DNA of 61,741 nt, counting the filler, from Sphacelaria rigidula (Eukaryota), in assembly GCA_964200075.2 (NCBI GenBank). It is 9 parts of 9 records of this genome, joined end to end, with 100 filler letters (N's around TTAATTAATTAA, not from the genome) between each part and the next. Parts side by side here need not be neighbours in the genome. Positions count along the whole stretch, not along the records: positions 6,873 to 13,644 come from CAXNAA020018157.1; positions 13,745 to 20,516 come from CAXNAA020018158.1; positions 20,617 to 27,388 come from CAXNAA020018159.1; 6 more parts are not named here. One strand, written 5' to 3'. Below, piece after piece: positions 12,713-23,249 of the stretch. Within the stretch, counting starts at the first letter, position 1, and every line of letters begins with the position of its first letter. A program made the position numbers and the translations under genes. The notes under the pieces are model-generated. The model did not search any database. It was given only the letters and a program-made list of their open reading frames with translations, and had not been told where the DNA came from.

Positions 12713-13146
12713 AACACGGGATCTTACAAATTGGGGATGGATCTTTTATTGGGGATGAGAAAGCAGGAGGATCAAAATCTTCGCATCCACACCAAATGTT
12801 GGAAATATGGTTCCATTTCTTCAACTTCTGATAGCAATTGACAACTGCTACACGCAATAGAAATATGGATTTCGATTACCGAAATGTTGGGGTTCTAGGT
12901 GAAAATCCAATTTCGGAACCATTTTGGCCTTTTTCGAAATTTCCGAAATTGGATTTTCACCTAGAACCCCAACATTTCGGTGATCGGAATCCAAATTTCT
13001 ATTGCGTGTAGCAGTTGTCAATTGCTATCAGAAGTTGAAGAAATGGAACCATATTTCCAACATTTGGTGTGGATGCGAAGATTTTAATCCTCCTGCTTTC
13101 TCATCCCCAATAAAAGATCAATCCCCAATTTGTAAGATCCCGTGTT
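12713..13146. mobile_element. Fold-back / MITE-like palindromic element, copy B
   Basis: Arms 12713-12918 and 12941-13146 (AACACGGGATCTTACAAATTGGGG...CCCCAATTTGTAAGATCCCGTGTT) are near-perfect inverted repeats with a 22-bp loop. The ORF track shows the same peptide (MRVAVVNCYQKLKKW...) on both strands. No clear TSD. Confidence 0.88.
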
Positions 13147-13644
13147 ATGGATGCTTTGACGGTACGGACTATATACAGTATGCATCAGCTGCTTGCCATC
13201 GAGAATACCGCCATTTCATACTGTTGTTGCACTGCACTTGTACAAGACACCACGCTATCTGTACACTGTGTCTGTCTATTTGCAGGTTATCCAAGTGGCA
13301 GCACGAGTAGTGAGAGTATTCCTGTATCGCACCACCTGTCAACTGTTTAGATCACTAAAGGCCCTGTACAGTAGTACTCGTGAACTACTGCTGTCGTCTG
13401 TTGTCCGGTGTACTGAGTGTACAGTCCGCACAGCAGACAGTAGGATGGTACCTGCAGTAGAATGATGGTGTGATCTCACAAGTTTCCCTACTTGCGGGTA
13501 TACGGCCGCCATGTATAGTACTCAGAGCATCTGAGGACCGACACCCCGATGGGTAGGGTGACTCGTGTACAGAGTCGAGCCAGGGGACATTGTAGGAGGT
13601 TTGGTCGGTGAGGGACATTTTTGTTTTTATTCCCCAAGTTCGAC

Positions 13645-13744
13645 NNNNNNNNNNNNNNNNNNNNNNNNNNNNNNNNNNNNNNNNNNNNTTAATTAATTAA
13701 NNNNNNNNNNNNNNNNNNNNNNNNNNNNNNNNNNNNNNNNNNNN
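13645..13744. other. Artificial contig spacer
   Basis: N44-TTAATTAATTAA-N44. Confidence 0.97.
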
Positions 13745-14154
13745 GTTGGAGATTGGAGGTGAGACGTGTGCTCTTCTGAGCTACTCTGTCTGTGCTTGTC
13801 GCACAGCTGACCACGCCCCCCCCCCCCCCCCCCCCCCCACGACCATAAATAAAAAAAACAGAAATATATATGCTTGCACTTCCGCGTTATCATCACCCTC
13901 CCCTGTCAACAAGTCCGGGTACTCTTCAGTCATCTCCAACTCGATCTGAGCCGCTTACTCGTCATTCTCCAGCATTACTTTGTCCTCGACGGCGTCCTTG
14001 CCATACCCGATCGGAGTCTTCAGGGAAAGAACGCTTCCCGGAAGCACAGTGTAATTTTACATCCACTTGTCCATCTCCTTGATGGCATGCTTGACCAGGT
14101 TGCCACAATGGGCCGCTGTCCAACCGCCCTCCTGCCCTTCTATTCGGGGTCCCC

Positions 14155-15042
14155 TTACCTCCCGTTTCGAATCTGCTCCCATATCCCGTCTATTTTCCTC
14201 TTCGTATCAAACCGGAAGCTCACGTACTGCTTGCCGTGCTGCCAGAAAAACTCGATCGGCTGAAAGCTGGGCACGTACGGTGGAGTCCACATTAACTCTC
14301 GTCCTTGCCAGTACATGCACCGCTCCACTTTTTCCGGGAGCTTTTCGGCGTGATGAACCTCAAAGTACGCCCGCATAGCCAACGCAATCTCCTCCTTACT
14401 CACGCTGTTGCCGACTTTAGAGTTGGCTTGCGGGGAAACATCGCCGGGCTCTGGTACATACATGTTGCGCGTCGTGGTCACCATAACGCCGCTGCTGTTC
14501 TTGGCGCACTCCGCCTTGATCCATGAAACCCTGTAATTCTGCAACAGCTCCGTGTTGTATTTTTTGCAGTTGGACTCGGGTACCCTCACCTCCTCGTCAA
14601 ATTCATGCTGATACGATGCGTTGTCGAGGACCAGAATCATCTTGTCGCCGAACACCTCCCTGAAAACCGGCGTGAGGCGCTTCTCAAGCCAATCCATAAA
14701 CATTTTGTGCGTCATAGCGTCGTGACGATCACCTTTCCCGTTTTTTGCCTGCTATAGGCCCTCATCCGTTCTCCCCATCTCTCCGGCCCCCACTCTCCCC
14801 GTGCAATTCGTCTTCGGCGTGAAAGGGCCCTCGGGAGTTTGAAAATGATCATTCCCGCGGGTCACCAACGGGCCGTGCTTGGTGGTGGCATGGACCATAA
14901 TCATACTGTGACCCTTTCCGGATGTCCTCCTCATTCCATCCTGCACGACGCCTTCTCCGTCTGTGAAAAAGTACGAGTAAGCCGAGTCGTGCAGCTGACG
15001 GACAAAGCTTTCGTCCATGTGAAACAAGGATTGCTTGCTCAT
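14155..15042 (-). pseudogene. DDE transposase catalytic region (Sailor-like), disrupted
   Basis: ORF 14752-15042 holds the first Asp (MDESF). ORF 14155-14715 holds LDNASY...PIE. A stop or frameshift separates them. Confidence 0.85.
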
Positions 15043-15819
15043 CGTCCTGCGCGATCGCCCTCGCTACCTCCGCCGGGAAGCAACGACTACGTGCTTCCCT
15101 GGTCTCATTCATGGGAAGGACTTGATCCTTCCTCGCCGACGCCTGTACCCAAGCCTGTGCAGGAGGGCCCTCACCGCGCGGTTTCATATTTGTCCGTCAT
15201 CCGTATCCTCTATCCACTCTCCAACTGTGCGTCTGAGACTCGATTAGCGGGCGGGGAAATGGAACTGTGATGTCTTGGATGATGGCCAAAATAAGCGTGC
15301 ATTGCAAGTAGTCTTGGGCTAACAAGAACGCTTCCACGTTCACGTGGTACTGGCATTGTAAGCCCAAGACTACTTGCAATGCACGCTTATTTTGGCCATC
15401 ATCCAAAGACATCACAGTTCCATTTCCCCGCCCGCTAATCGAGTCTTCAGACGCACAGTTGGAGAGTGGATAGAGGATACGGATGACGGACAAATATGAA
15501 ACCGCGCGGTGAGGGCCCTCCTGCACAGGCTCGGGTACAGGCGTCGGCGAGGAAGGATCAAATCCCCCCCATGAATGAGACCAGGGAAGCACGTAGTCGT
15601 TGCTTCCCGGCGGAGGTAGCGAGGGCGATCGCGCAGGAAGATGAGCAAGCAATCCTTGTTTCACATGGACGAAAGCTTTGTCCGTCAGCTGCACGACTCG
15701 GCTTACTCGTACTTTTTCACAGACGGAGAAGGCGTCGTGCAGGATGGAATGAGGCGGACATCCGGAAAGGGTCACAGTACGATTATGGTCCATGCCATCA
15801 CCAAGCACGGCCCATTGGT
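14864..15819. repeat. Long inverted duplication of transposase sequence
   Basis: Arms 14864-15320 and 15361-15819 with a 40-bp loop. About 11 differences counted by eye. The ORF track shows mirrored ORFs (MSKQSLFHMDESF on both strands). Confidence 0.95.
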
Positions 15820-18453
15820 ATGCACGCTGAATATGTAACCGCACTGTTTCTCGTCGAGCACCGCCCGCTCATCCCCGACACCCCGCATGACACCTCGCCA
15901 GTGCCCTCATGTTGAGCAGCAGCTTTTTCTTCTCAAACCAATGTGTCCGAACCTGAAATCCGAGCAAAAACGGTGCAACAAAGAGATTCAGTCATGCTCT
16001 AGTCAAGGATGCGCGCGCAAACACGGCGGTCATGTGCAGGGTAGACTGCGGCATCGAAAGTGTATACCACCTTGGACATAAGACTACATTGTCGAAAAGT
16101 GTACTGCTCACCGTGTCGAATCTTACCTCTAGTGCAGCAGATAATAGATTCCGCATTGTACGCAGTACACTTTTCAACAATTTAATATTGTGTCCAGGGT
16201 GTGGTATCTATCGTTCCATAACATATAAAATCGCCTACAGACACCAGCGCAGTACAACACAGTAACCGAAGTGCAGTACACCGATCAGTGTAAGCAGGAG
16301 AGTACACACAGTACCGGCCGTACGGTGCAGCACGGTACTGTATACACGGTATAATTGAGTACAGCACAAGCAGCGCAGTGCAGCACAACAGTAAAGTACA
16401 TGGAAAAATTGAGTGTATAGAGAGCACAGTACACGATGTAATTGAGCATGCAGGACAGAAAATATTTATAGAGTAAGTACGCTGTGTGGTCAATTCAAAC
16501 GATACAGAAAAACAGTATCGTACAACATGAGCTTAACCTGCACACCTTCTGCTGGCTTACGCGTAACGTGGATACAGTCTTGCACACAGCCGCATTGTGA
16601 GGATCGCCTTCCTGCACGACGTTGGAGTACAGCACGAGAATGGCCCGAGATTGCGACTCGTGCAAAAGCACACCCTTCCTTAGCTTCAGATCTTCACGGG
16701 CTTCTGCAGCTGCAGCCTCGTCGCGATCATGATCAAGACCTCTGCGGTCCCCCGCTTCCGCAGCGGAATTCGCCGCGGCCCTCTCTGCAGCATGCCTCGC
16801 CTCTGCTCTCTCTACAGCCTTGGCTCTCGCTGTGATATCCACCTTCTCCATAGCAATGGCTGCATTTGCCTCAGCAAACGCTGCCTTTTGTGCAGCTTTC
16901 GCCTCAGCAAAGGCTGCCTCTTGCGCGGCAAGGTCTGCCTTCTCCTGACGAGGGCTGCCTCCTGTGAAACAGCGGCGGCCTGCTGTGCGGCTGCGGCTGC
17001 TTCGTCTGCAGCAACGGCTTCTTCACGTCCTTCTATTCCCTTCCCCTTTCATGCACACGCGTGGCTTGTCTCTTCTCACCACGTTAGACGCAGTGCCAGG
17101 ATGGGCGCTGCCGTTCTCCCACCTCTCCTGCGGGTCATCGCTGAGGGGTACGCTGTGATCTGTAGACCCTCACCTCAGCCGAAACATATCTCGAGCGCAT
17201 TTTCAAATTTTGAAAAACGGTTTCAGGAGCTTCCTGGGTCATATTCCAAGGTTTTCATCCACATGTCGTTTGCATGTTTCTTCAGGGGTGTGAGGATGGC
17301 ACTCCTCCCCCAAACGAAAAAAAGTGTTGTCATGATCAACCTGACCTCTTCCATACTCTACGATATGCCTGGGGACGAAACCACCAACGTTTGAAAGCCG
17401 CAGTACAGTTTCCGGCTTTTTCACGGTGTGCGCAACGCATATCACCAACCATGCCCTCCCGTTGGTTTTGTCTGAAAACTGCACAAAAAAATATTGTGTG
17501 CACGGGTAAACTTGAAATTATCATTCGCACATTTTTTTTCGAATTCTCGTCTTCGCGCGTTTGTTACTCCTACAGTAGTGGGCGGATTAACTATTCAGGG
17601 ATGCTTTGGGATTTTCCTCGCGTGCTATTCTTCGATATAACTTGAAATTGCTAGCGTCGATAGATTTGGTACAATCAACAGATCATTCTCGAAACACATG
17701 GCCCAAGTCAGCGTCAGTCGGTGTAATCGGGCGAGAAGAGTAAATACCCCGTTTATCAGGAGGGTGTTATTGATCGTGAAACACAGTTTTCCGGCTCTAG
17801 TGCAATGGGTAGGTTGAATTAGAAAAAAAAAAAGTACATTCCTTCACAAATATGATCGGGACATGCTCGATCGACCGAAAATACCGAAGAGTGAGAATCT
17901 GGGCTGACACGTGGCAGGACCCCCGATGACAGGTCAGCCTGTAAGTCACTCAATAGTGAGGGCAGATGTTTTTTTTCCTTGAAATGTGGAGGGGATAAAA
18001 ATATATTCAGATCTCCAATGTAATAAGCGGTGGCAAGCGGAAAGAGCCAAAGAAAATCGCCAATTACGAAAAAATCACAAAATGCCACAAAATGAATAGT
18101 TAGACCGCCCACTCCTGACTGTACTATCAATGTTCCCCCGTGAATATCCCGCAATGTATATTTTTCCGTGGGATACGGGATACAATTTGATACCGGCATA
18201 TCTCGCAATTTCGGGCGGAACAACTACAATATACCCCAGACATATCGAGGTGTAGATATAGATTTGGGATACGATACCCATTACTAGTGTAACAACAGTA
18301 CACACTTTCCTTCAGCGATTGTTTCAGTTTTCCTTCGTCTCCGGTACGTCAATCATGGGACCGCGGCTGAACCCCTGGGGTATCCGTTAAAGTGCGAAAA
18401 CAAATCAATCATGAAACGTCAGCCAGAAGCCTCGATGCAGGCGGCATATGTAC

Positions 18454-18567
18454 CTCAATGATGGCCTTGTACCCTTTCAGCGGGGACCCGGCCGCGCGGA
18501 TACACTCGGACAGGTCGCTCTGGTCCCACACCTGCTTCAGGTCGTCGATATTCTGCGGCGGGACAAT
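18454..18567 (-). pseudogene. Orphan exon-like segment of an unidentified gene
   Basis: 114 bp, phase 0, GC3-rich, encoding IVPPQNIDDLKQVWDQSDLSECIRAAGSPLKGYKAIIE. The donor GAG|GTAC is good. A polypyrimidine tract is present but the acceptor reads GG instead of AG. Confidence 0.4.
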
Positions 18568-18773
18568 CCGAGAAAACATTGACAGAAAAACAAAATCATT
18601 TCGAGAAGAAATGTTATGGTCCACCATGAGCTTGCGACGAGTCGGTCTGTGCGGGCAAGGTCGTCAACTTTTCCCACAACCCTCAATGAGGTACACAACA
18701 GCACCCGAGAATTACTACGCGATTCGACATGCCGACCATCCTCCTAAGGTGAAGCTTACTAGGAGACCGCGAC

Positions 18774-18981
18774 AGTAGGACATCTGTTGAATCGGCAACA
18801 ATTTCACTTGAATAAAGTATGCGTGATCCAGATCCAGATGAATTACCCTCGCGGACCAAGGGTCAACTCTTTGGCCGGAAGAATGGAGTTGACCCTTGGA
18901 CCGCGTTGCGGTTAGTCCATCTGGATCGCGCATACTTTTTCAAGTGAAATTGATGCCGATTCAGCAGGTGATCGACCTACT
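18774..18981. repeat. About 200-bp imperfect palindrome (small MITE or hairpin RNA precursor)
   Basis: CATCTGTTGAATCGGCAACAATTTCACTTGAA...CCAAGGGTCAACTC pairs with GAGTTGACCCTTGG...TTCAAGTGAAATTGATGCCGATTCAGCAGGTG; the loop is about 16 nt. Confidence 0.85.
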
Positions 18982-20452
18982 CTTGAGGTCAGAACGTTTA
19001 ATTTGATCGCTCGGAAGCTACTTCATATGATCGTTGTAGTGTTGCTCCCAACACAACGTCCCACCTAAAAGAGCGACGGAGGTACACCCATGCCTGCAGA
19101 AGGTGCATGTCATGAGTAAAACCGGAGGGAAGACGCTCGGGTGAGGTTGGAATATCTATATATATAATAGTACATCTGAACGGCTTTTTAAGATTTTGAG
19201 CCAATGGTCGAACAGAGGCAGGTGCATAACGGCTTTGCGCGAAAAAAAAACGGAATGGCCACCCTGTATTCAAGACTGCCCGCACTTGGCCCGCATCACT
19301 TTAACCATTGCACTCTTGCACGGAAACTTTGCTTGTGCATTCTTCAACCGTGGGCGAAGGCATCACCATGAAACTTGGTGCACTAGTTGGAGACAACACA
19401 GGCATTATGTGCACCAAGTTTCAGCTACTTTCAGCCAGCAAGCAAATGAAACTAAGCGAATACCGATATACCCCCGATAGGCCCTCAAAATGGCTATCCC
19501 GCAGCCCAGAATGCGTGTACCGTGAGCGAATGCGTATGTGGACGTGGTGGTGCCCTCACTTCCATATCATGATCTTCTGGGAGGGTACAGTGCTTGCAAA
19601 CGAACATAGATCAGTACTGGCACACCCTTTGGATAATGACAATATGTAGAAAGGTCATTCCGGTATCGACTGTAGAGATGCTCAGGGGAGGAGGCACGGT
19701 CATGCGCGCGCTGTCGTCACTGCTATGCGCTGAAAGTTTGGTTAACATACCATGTGGACCACAATCAACAAGCCCATGCGTCTAGATCTTGGGTTGGGCG
19801 TTGCAGCAGTACGCGAGGTGATGAAAAGAGCTCAAATTCTGTTCCGAAACAATTGTTTTTGTTCTTTTCGTGCAAGACTAAAAAGTGCCAATATGTGCCC
19901 GTCAAGTTCGAGACGCGGCTGCTGCAAGGAAAGAAATGTACAGAAGAGCGCGGGTCAAGTGAGACCAATTTCTCGTGATTGCTCGTTGCTTCGCTTCATC
20001 AGATGTACTCTCGACTGGAAGAATGTCTCCCTACACGGGGATCGCCCTCTCCACAAGCTCGTGAGTTTCGGTTACGGCAGTTCAGGTGGAGCGACATCAT
20101 GAGTACGCTGGCGGCGGACCACACAGGGCACACCACCCACCGATTGAAGTCGGCTAGCGTCAGGGGATCTGATCATGTACAGCTGACAGCACAGCTCGCA
20201 CGTTTACGTGGGAACTGCGAGCGTTCTGGTCAGCGCGCCAACGCCCCCAGCGGCAGACCTCCTTTCGGAACAATATCACGGGCTTCGCTTCGATTGACGG
20301 TGACCCCGACGCCATTGCTGACCGACCCCTGTCTGTTTGCGCGCAACATCAGTGGTAATGATAGCATGCATACCGTCAACTATGCTGCCGTCAACCTCCG
20401 GAGTGAGGTATTTTCGTTTCAGTCGCAGCCTTTGTCTTCCGTATATCTGGTC

Positions 20453-20516
20453 GCACCGGTGGCTCAGTTGGTAACCTCGAAACCCTCTGACGGTTGGGTC
20501 GTGGGTTCAATTCTCG
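20453..20516 (+). repeat. tRNA-derived SINE head (truncated by contig end)
   Basis: A box TGGCTCAGTTGG and B box GGTTCAATTCT. A near-identical copy lies on the minus strand at 28291-28352. The anticodon arm is non-canonical. Confidence 0.7.
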
Positions 20517-20616
20517 NNNNNNNNNNNNNNNNNNNNNNNNNNNNNNNNNNNNNNNNNNNNTTAATTAATTAANNNNNNNNNNNNNNNNNNNNNNNNNNNN
20601 NNNNNNNNNNNNNNNN
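20517..20616. other. Artificial contig spacer
   Basis: N44-TTAATTAATTAA-N44. Confidence 0.97.
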
Positions 20617-21326
20617 TTTGCGGTGTGCTTGTTTCTCCGTTTGCGGGGGTGGTTGTGGGGGGCGGGTTGTTGGGTGTGGTGGGGGAGGGCTACAAACCAA
20701 TGTCGTAGACGTGGTGGTGTACGCCGCACGTTCAACAACTCTAGTCCAACTATTTCTTCATCCGTTGGTCCATGTGCAAATTGATACATCCATAGTTCAT
20801 AATGTTTCGCGAACCTTATAACGTAATGGTTGCCTCACGGAGCAACTGGGTGTTGTCGCTTACCGCCGAGGACTTTGTTTACCCCCGTGTCGACATCGGG
20901 TACTCGTCACGCTCACCTCAAGGCACGGTGCCTCATGTAAAATGTTCGAGAGCTCTCTGTCGCTTAACCGGCGTTCAATGATGCAAAGTTCACAGTACTC
21001 TGTCTTTTACACTACCCGACAAGTGGTACAGTGTTTCTGTTGATGGTCGGGTGCAGCATATCTTTTACACATGGGACCTTCTGTGGTTCAACGCGTCAAG
21101 CATTTCTACAACTGTCCGCGGAACCCTAGCCCTTCTGTAGGACCAAACCAACGAGACATCAAAACTTGGTCCATCGCAGCTATTCACAAAAATATCGAGT
21201 TCAATAGGGTGAGTGAGTCATGTGTACCCCCGGCGAAGGCCAAGAAGATGTTGGACGTTTCACACACACACATACCTACATTCATTTTCAAGGCGCCTAA
21301 CCGTAGTTCTTACGCACGAGGCTGTA

Positions 21327-21426
21327 TTGCGGTGAAGGGTGGTGTATGTCATGAAGTCGTAGAATACGTACGAAGCTGATTTATGCGTTGCGGTGAAAGG
21401 TGGTGTATGTAATGAAGTCGTAGAAT
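21327..21426. repeat. Direct duplication of about 39 bp (61-bp period)
   Basis: TTGCGGTGAA(G/A)GGTGGTGTATGT(C/A)ATGAAGTCGTAGAAT occurs twice. Confidence 0.8.
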
Positions 21427-23249
21427 TCTCCTCGGAAAGCAGGGGTTCGAATACCAGCCTCCCCAAAACGAGAGGGGCGGTGTCGGGATACGTGGAATTG
21501 CAGGAGCGGACTCTGTTCCCACTGTGTATGGCGTAAACTGCCCTCGACTTGTCCCGCAGCCGAGGCTCTGGTGTTGACGCTGCCTCTGATCGAATGTACC
21601 GTACTGTACGAGTTGTTTCATCAAATTGATTATCATTTTTTGTCAGCTTGTACTTTGCATAATGTATGTTAAACATCCCCAAAGCCGGGATGGTCGAAGA
21701 GTCGACAGCACGCACGAACAGGATCAGGCTAGGTCTAGTGGTGGCTTTCGCACCGCCTTGAGATGGCGACCACGGATTCCTGAGAGAGAGCGCGTTTAGG
21801 CGATCGGTTATTACCAGTTCGCGAAGACCTTCAGCTTGGCTTCGACGGCCGGAAGGCCTGGACACTCTGTGAAGAAAGTATCATAGAGGCGTTTTCCGGT
21901 AGTCTCCACGTCCCCCTTTCAGCCGTCTCTAGGTCTTCGAGCCAAGTCTTCGAGCTAAGCAGGTCGGACGAGAAACGATGGTGAAGGTGACGAGGACCGG
22001 TCATTGCAGAGCACCCTCTCTTTCTACAGCCGTGCTGCTCTCCCATGGGAGGGCATGCAGAATGCCGCTACTTTTCACATACCGTCCGTGTCTGTGCGCC
22101 TTACTTGCTGTGTCTGGGTGACTCCTCTTGGCGAATGCATGTTGTGCATGCCCTCTTACACACTCCCTGTCTACTGACCAGCCGCTGGTGACAGGGAAAT
22201 ATACCACCTGTGCTTCAGGTGGGAGAGTTGACCTGGGCCCACAGGTTCGCACCGACGGGTGCTGTTGTAGTGGGACATGACGTTGACGACGACAACCGGG
22301 TACACCAGCGGGTACTTTATGTTTTTGGGTTTCCCCCGGTGAACCTCGCCCCCCAGCAGGCAACATACCAATATCTGGGGACTTTGTCTCCACGTTGAGC
22401 GTTTGGCGTCCAATCGAACGCATTTCAACACATTCACTCGCGATCTCTCACCCGCATCAGTAGTGGTAGAAGATGGAGTGAAGGATGCCGGCACACTTGA
22501 TGTGTGAAGCAATGACGCGCGACGCGGGTCGAGGAACGCACAACCATGCTCAAGCTGTCAGCACCACAGTATGGCAAAGCTTCGGAAAGTTTTAGGGTAC
22601 TGACAGCCATCAAACACGAAACGCAGCAGAACCCCGAATAGTATAGTGTCGACACTTGGGTGATGCCGCGATTGCTCTCCCCCAAACCAGCCCAAAAACT
22701 GTCACCAATATTATGGCTATACAGCGCAAGATAGCTGGTTCCAGACTGCATGAAGCGCCTCATATGGGCGACATTCGTGAAAGCGATCCCAAATGTGCGA
22801 GTGTCCAGCTGCCCGGTGTGGTCAGACATCATCCTTTTGGTGCGGATAAAGGTTTTGCCTCCTCAAACAAGCCATTTTTAAGGGGGTGGGGCTATCGCGG
22901 CATCACTCATTTAACCCGAGTATTACAGTGTTGACATCAAACTGAGCTTATCAGTTGGTTCGATGCTGGCACTGAACTCAAATACTTGAACGTCAATCTT
23001 GCACTCGAGTAGGTCAGCTATAGATTGAGTTTCATGTCGAGTAGGAATACCTTCGTGTTTTCTGACTTGAAACGTGGAAATTTTGTACAACAACGCGAAG
23101 TTGAATTGGTAGAATAGACAACAAAAAGTGCTTTCCCCCGTAATTCTTCAGGCACATCCATTCACGATGTCTGTTGCACCCGCGACGTGTATAAAAATGG
23201 AGATAAAAGTAATTGTCGGCTCGTGCAACCAACTTGCAAACGACTGCTT

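Larger units (their letters stand above)
13894..17766 (-). mobile_element. Decayed IS630-Tc1-mariner transposon, Sailor-like
   Basis: Frameshifted transposase pieces: RLGYRRRRG...HMDESFV, SGKGHSMIMVHATTKHG, ILVLDNASYQH, WTPPYVPSFQPIEFFW and WTAAHCGNLVKHA. The boundaries come from weakly matching putative TIRs (CACCCTCC at 13894; GGAGGGTG ending at 17766) and are tentative. Confidence 0.8.

Noticed and set aside
19250-19440. Mariner-type MITE (GGCCACCCTGTA end; ATGAAACTTGGTGCAC...GTGCACCAAGTTTCA internal inverted repeat)
   Set aside because: Suggestive, but I could not find a matching second TIR, so boundaries cannot be supported.
20453-20516. Functional tRNA gene
   Set aside because: The D and anticodon arms are non-canonical, and the second copy continues without a matching acceptor stem or CCA. 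A SINE head fits better.
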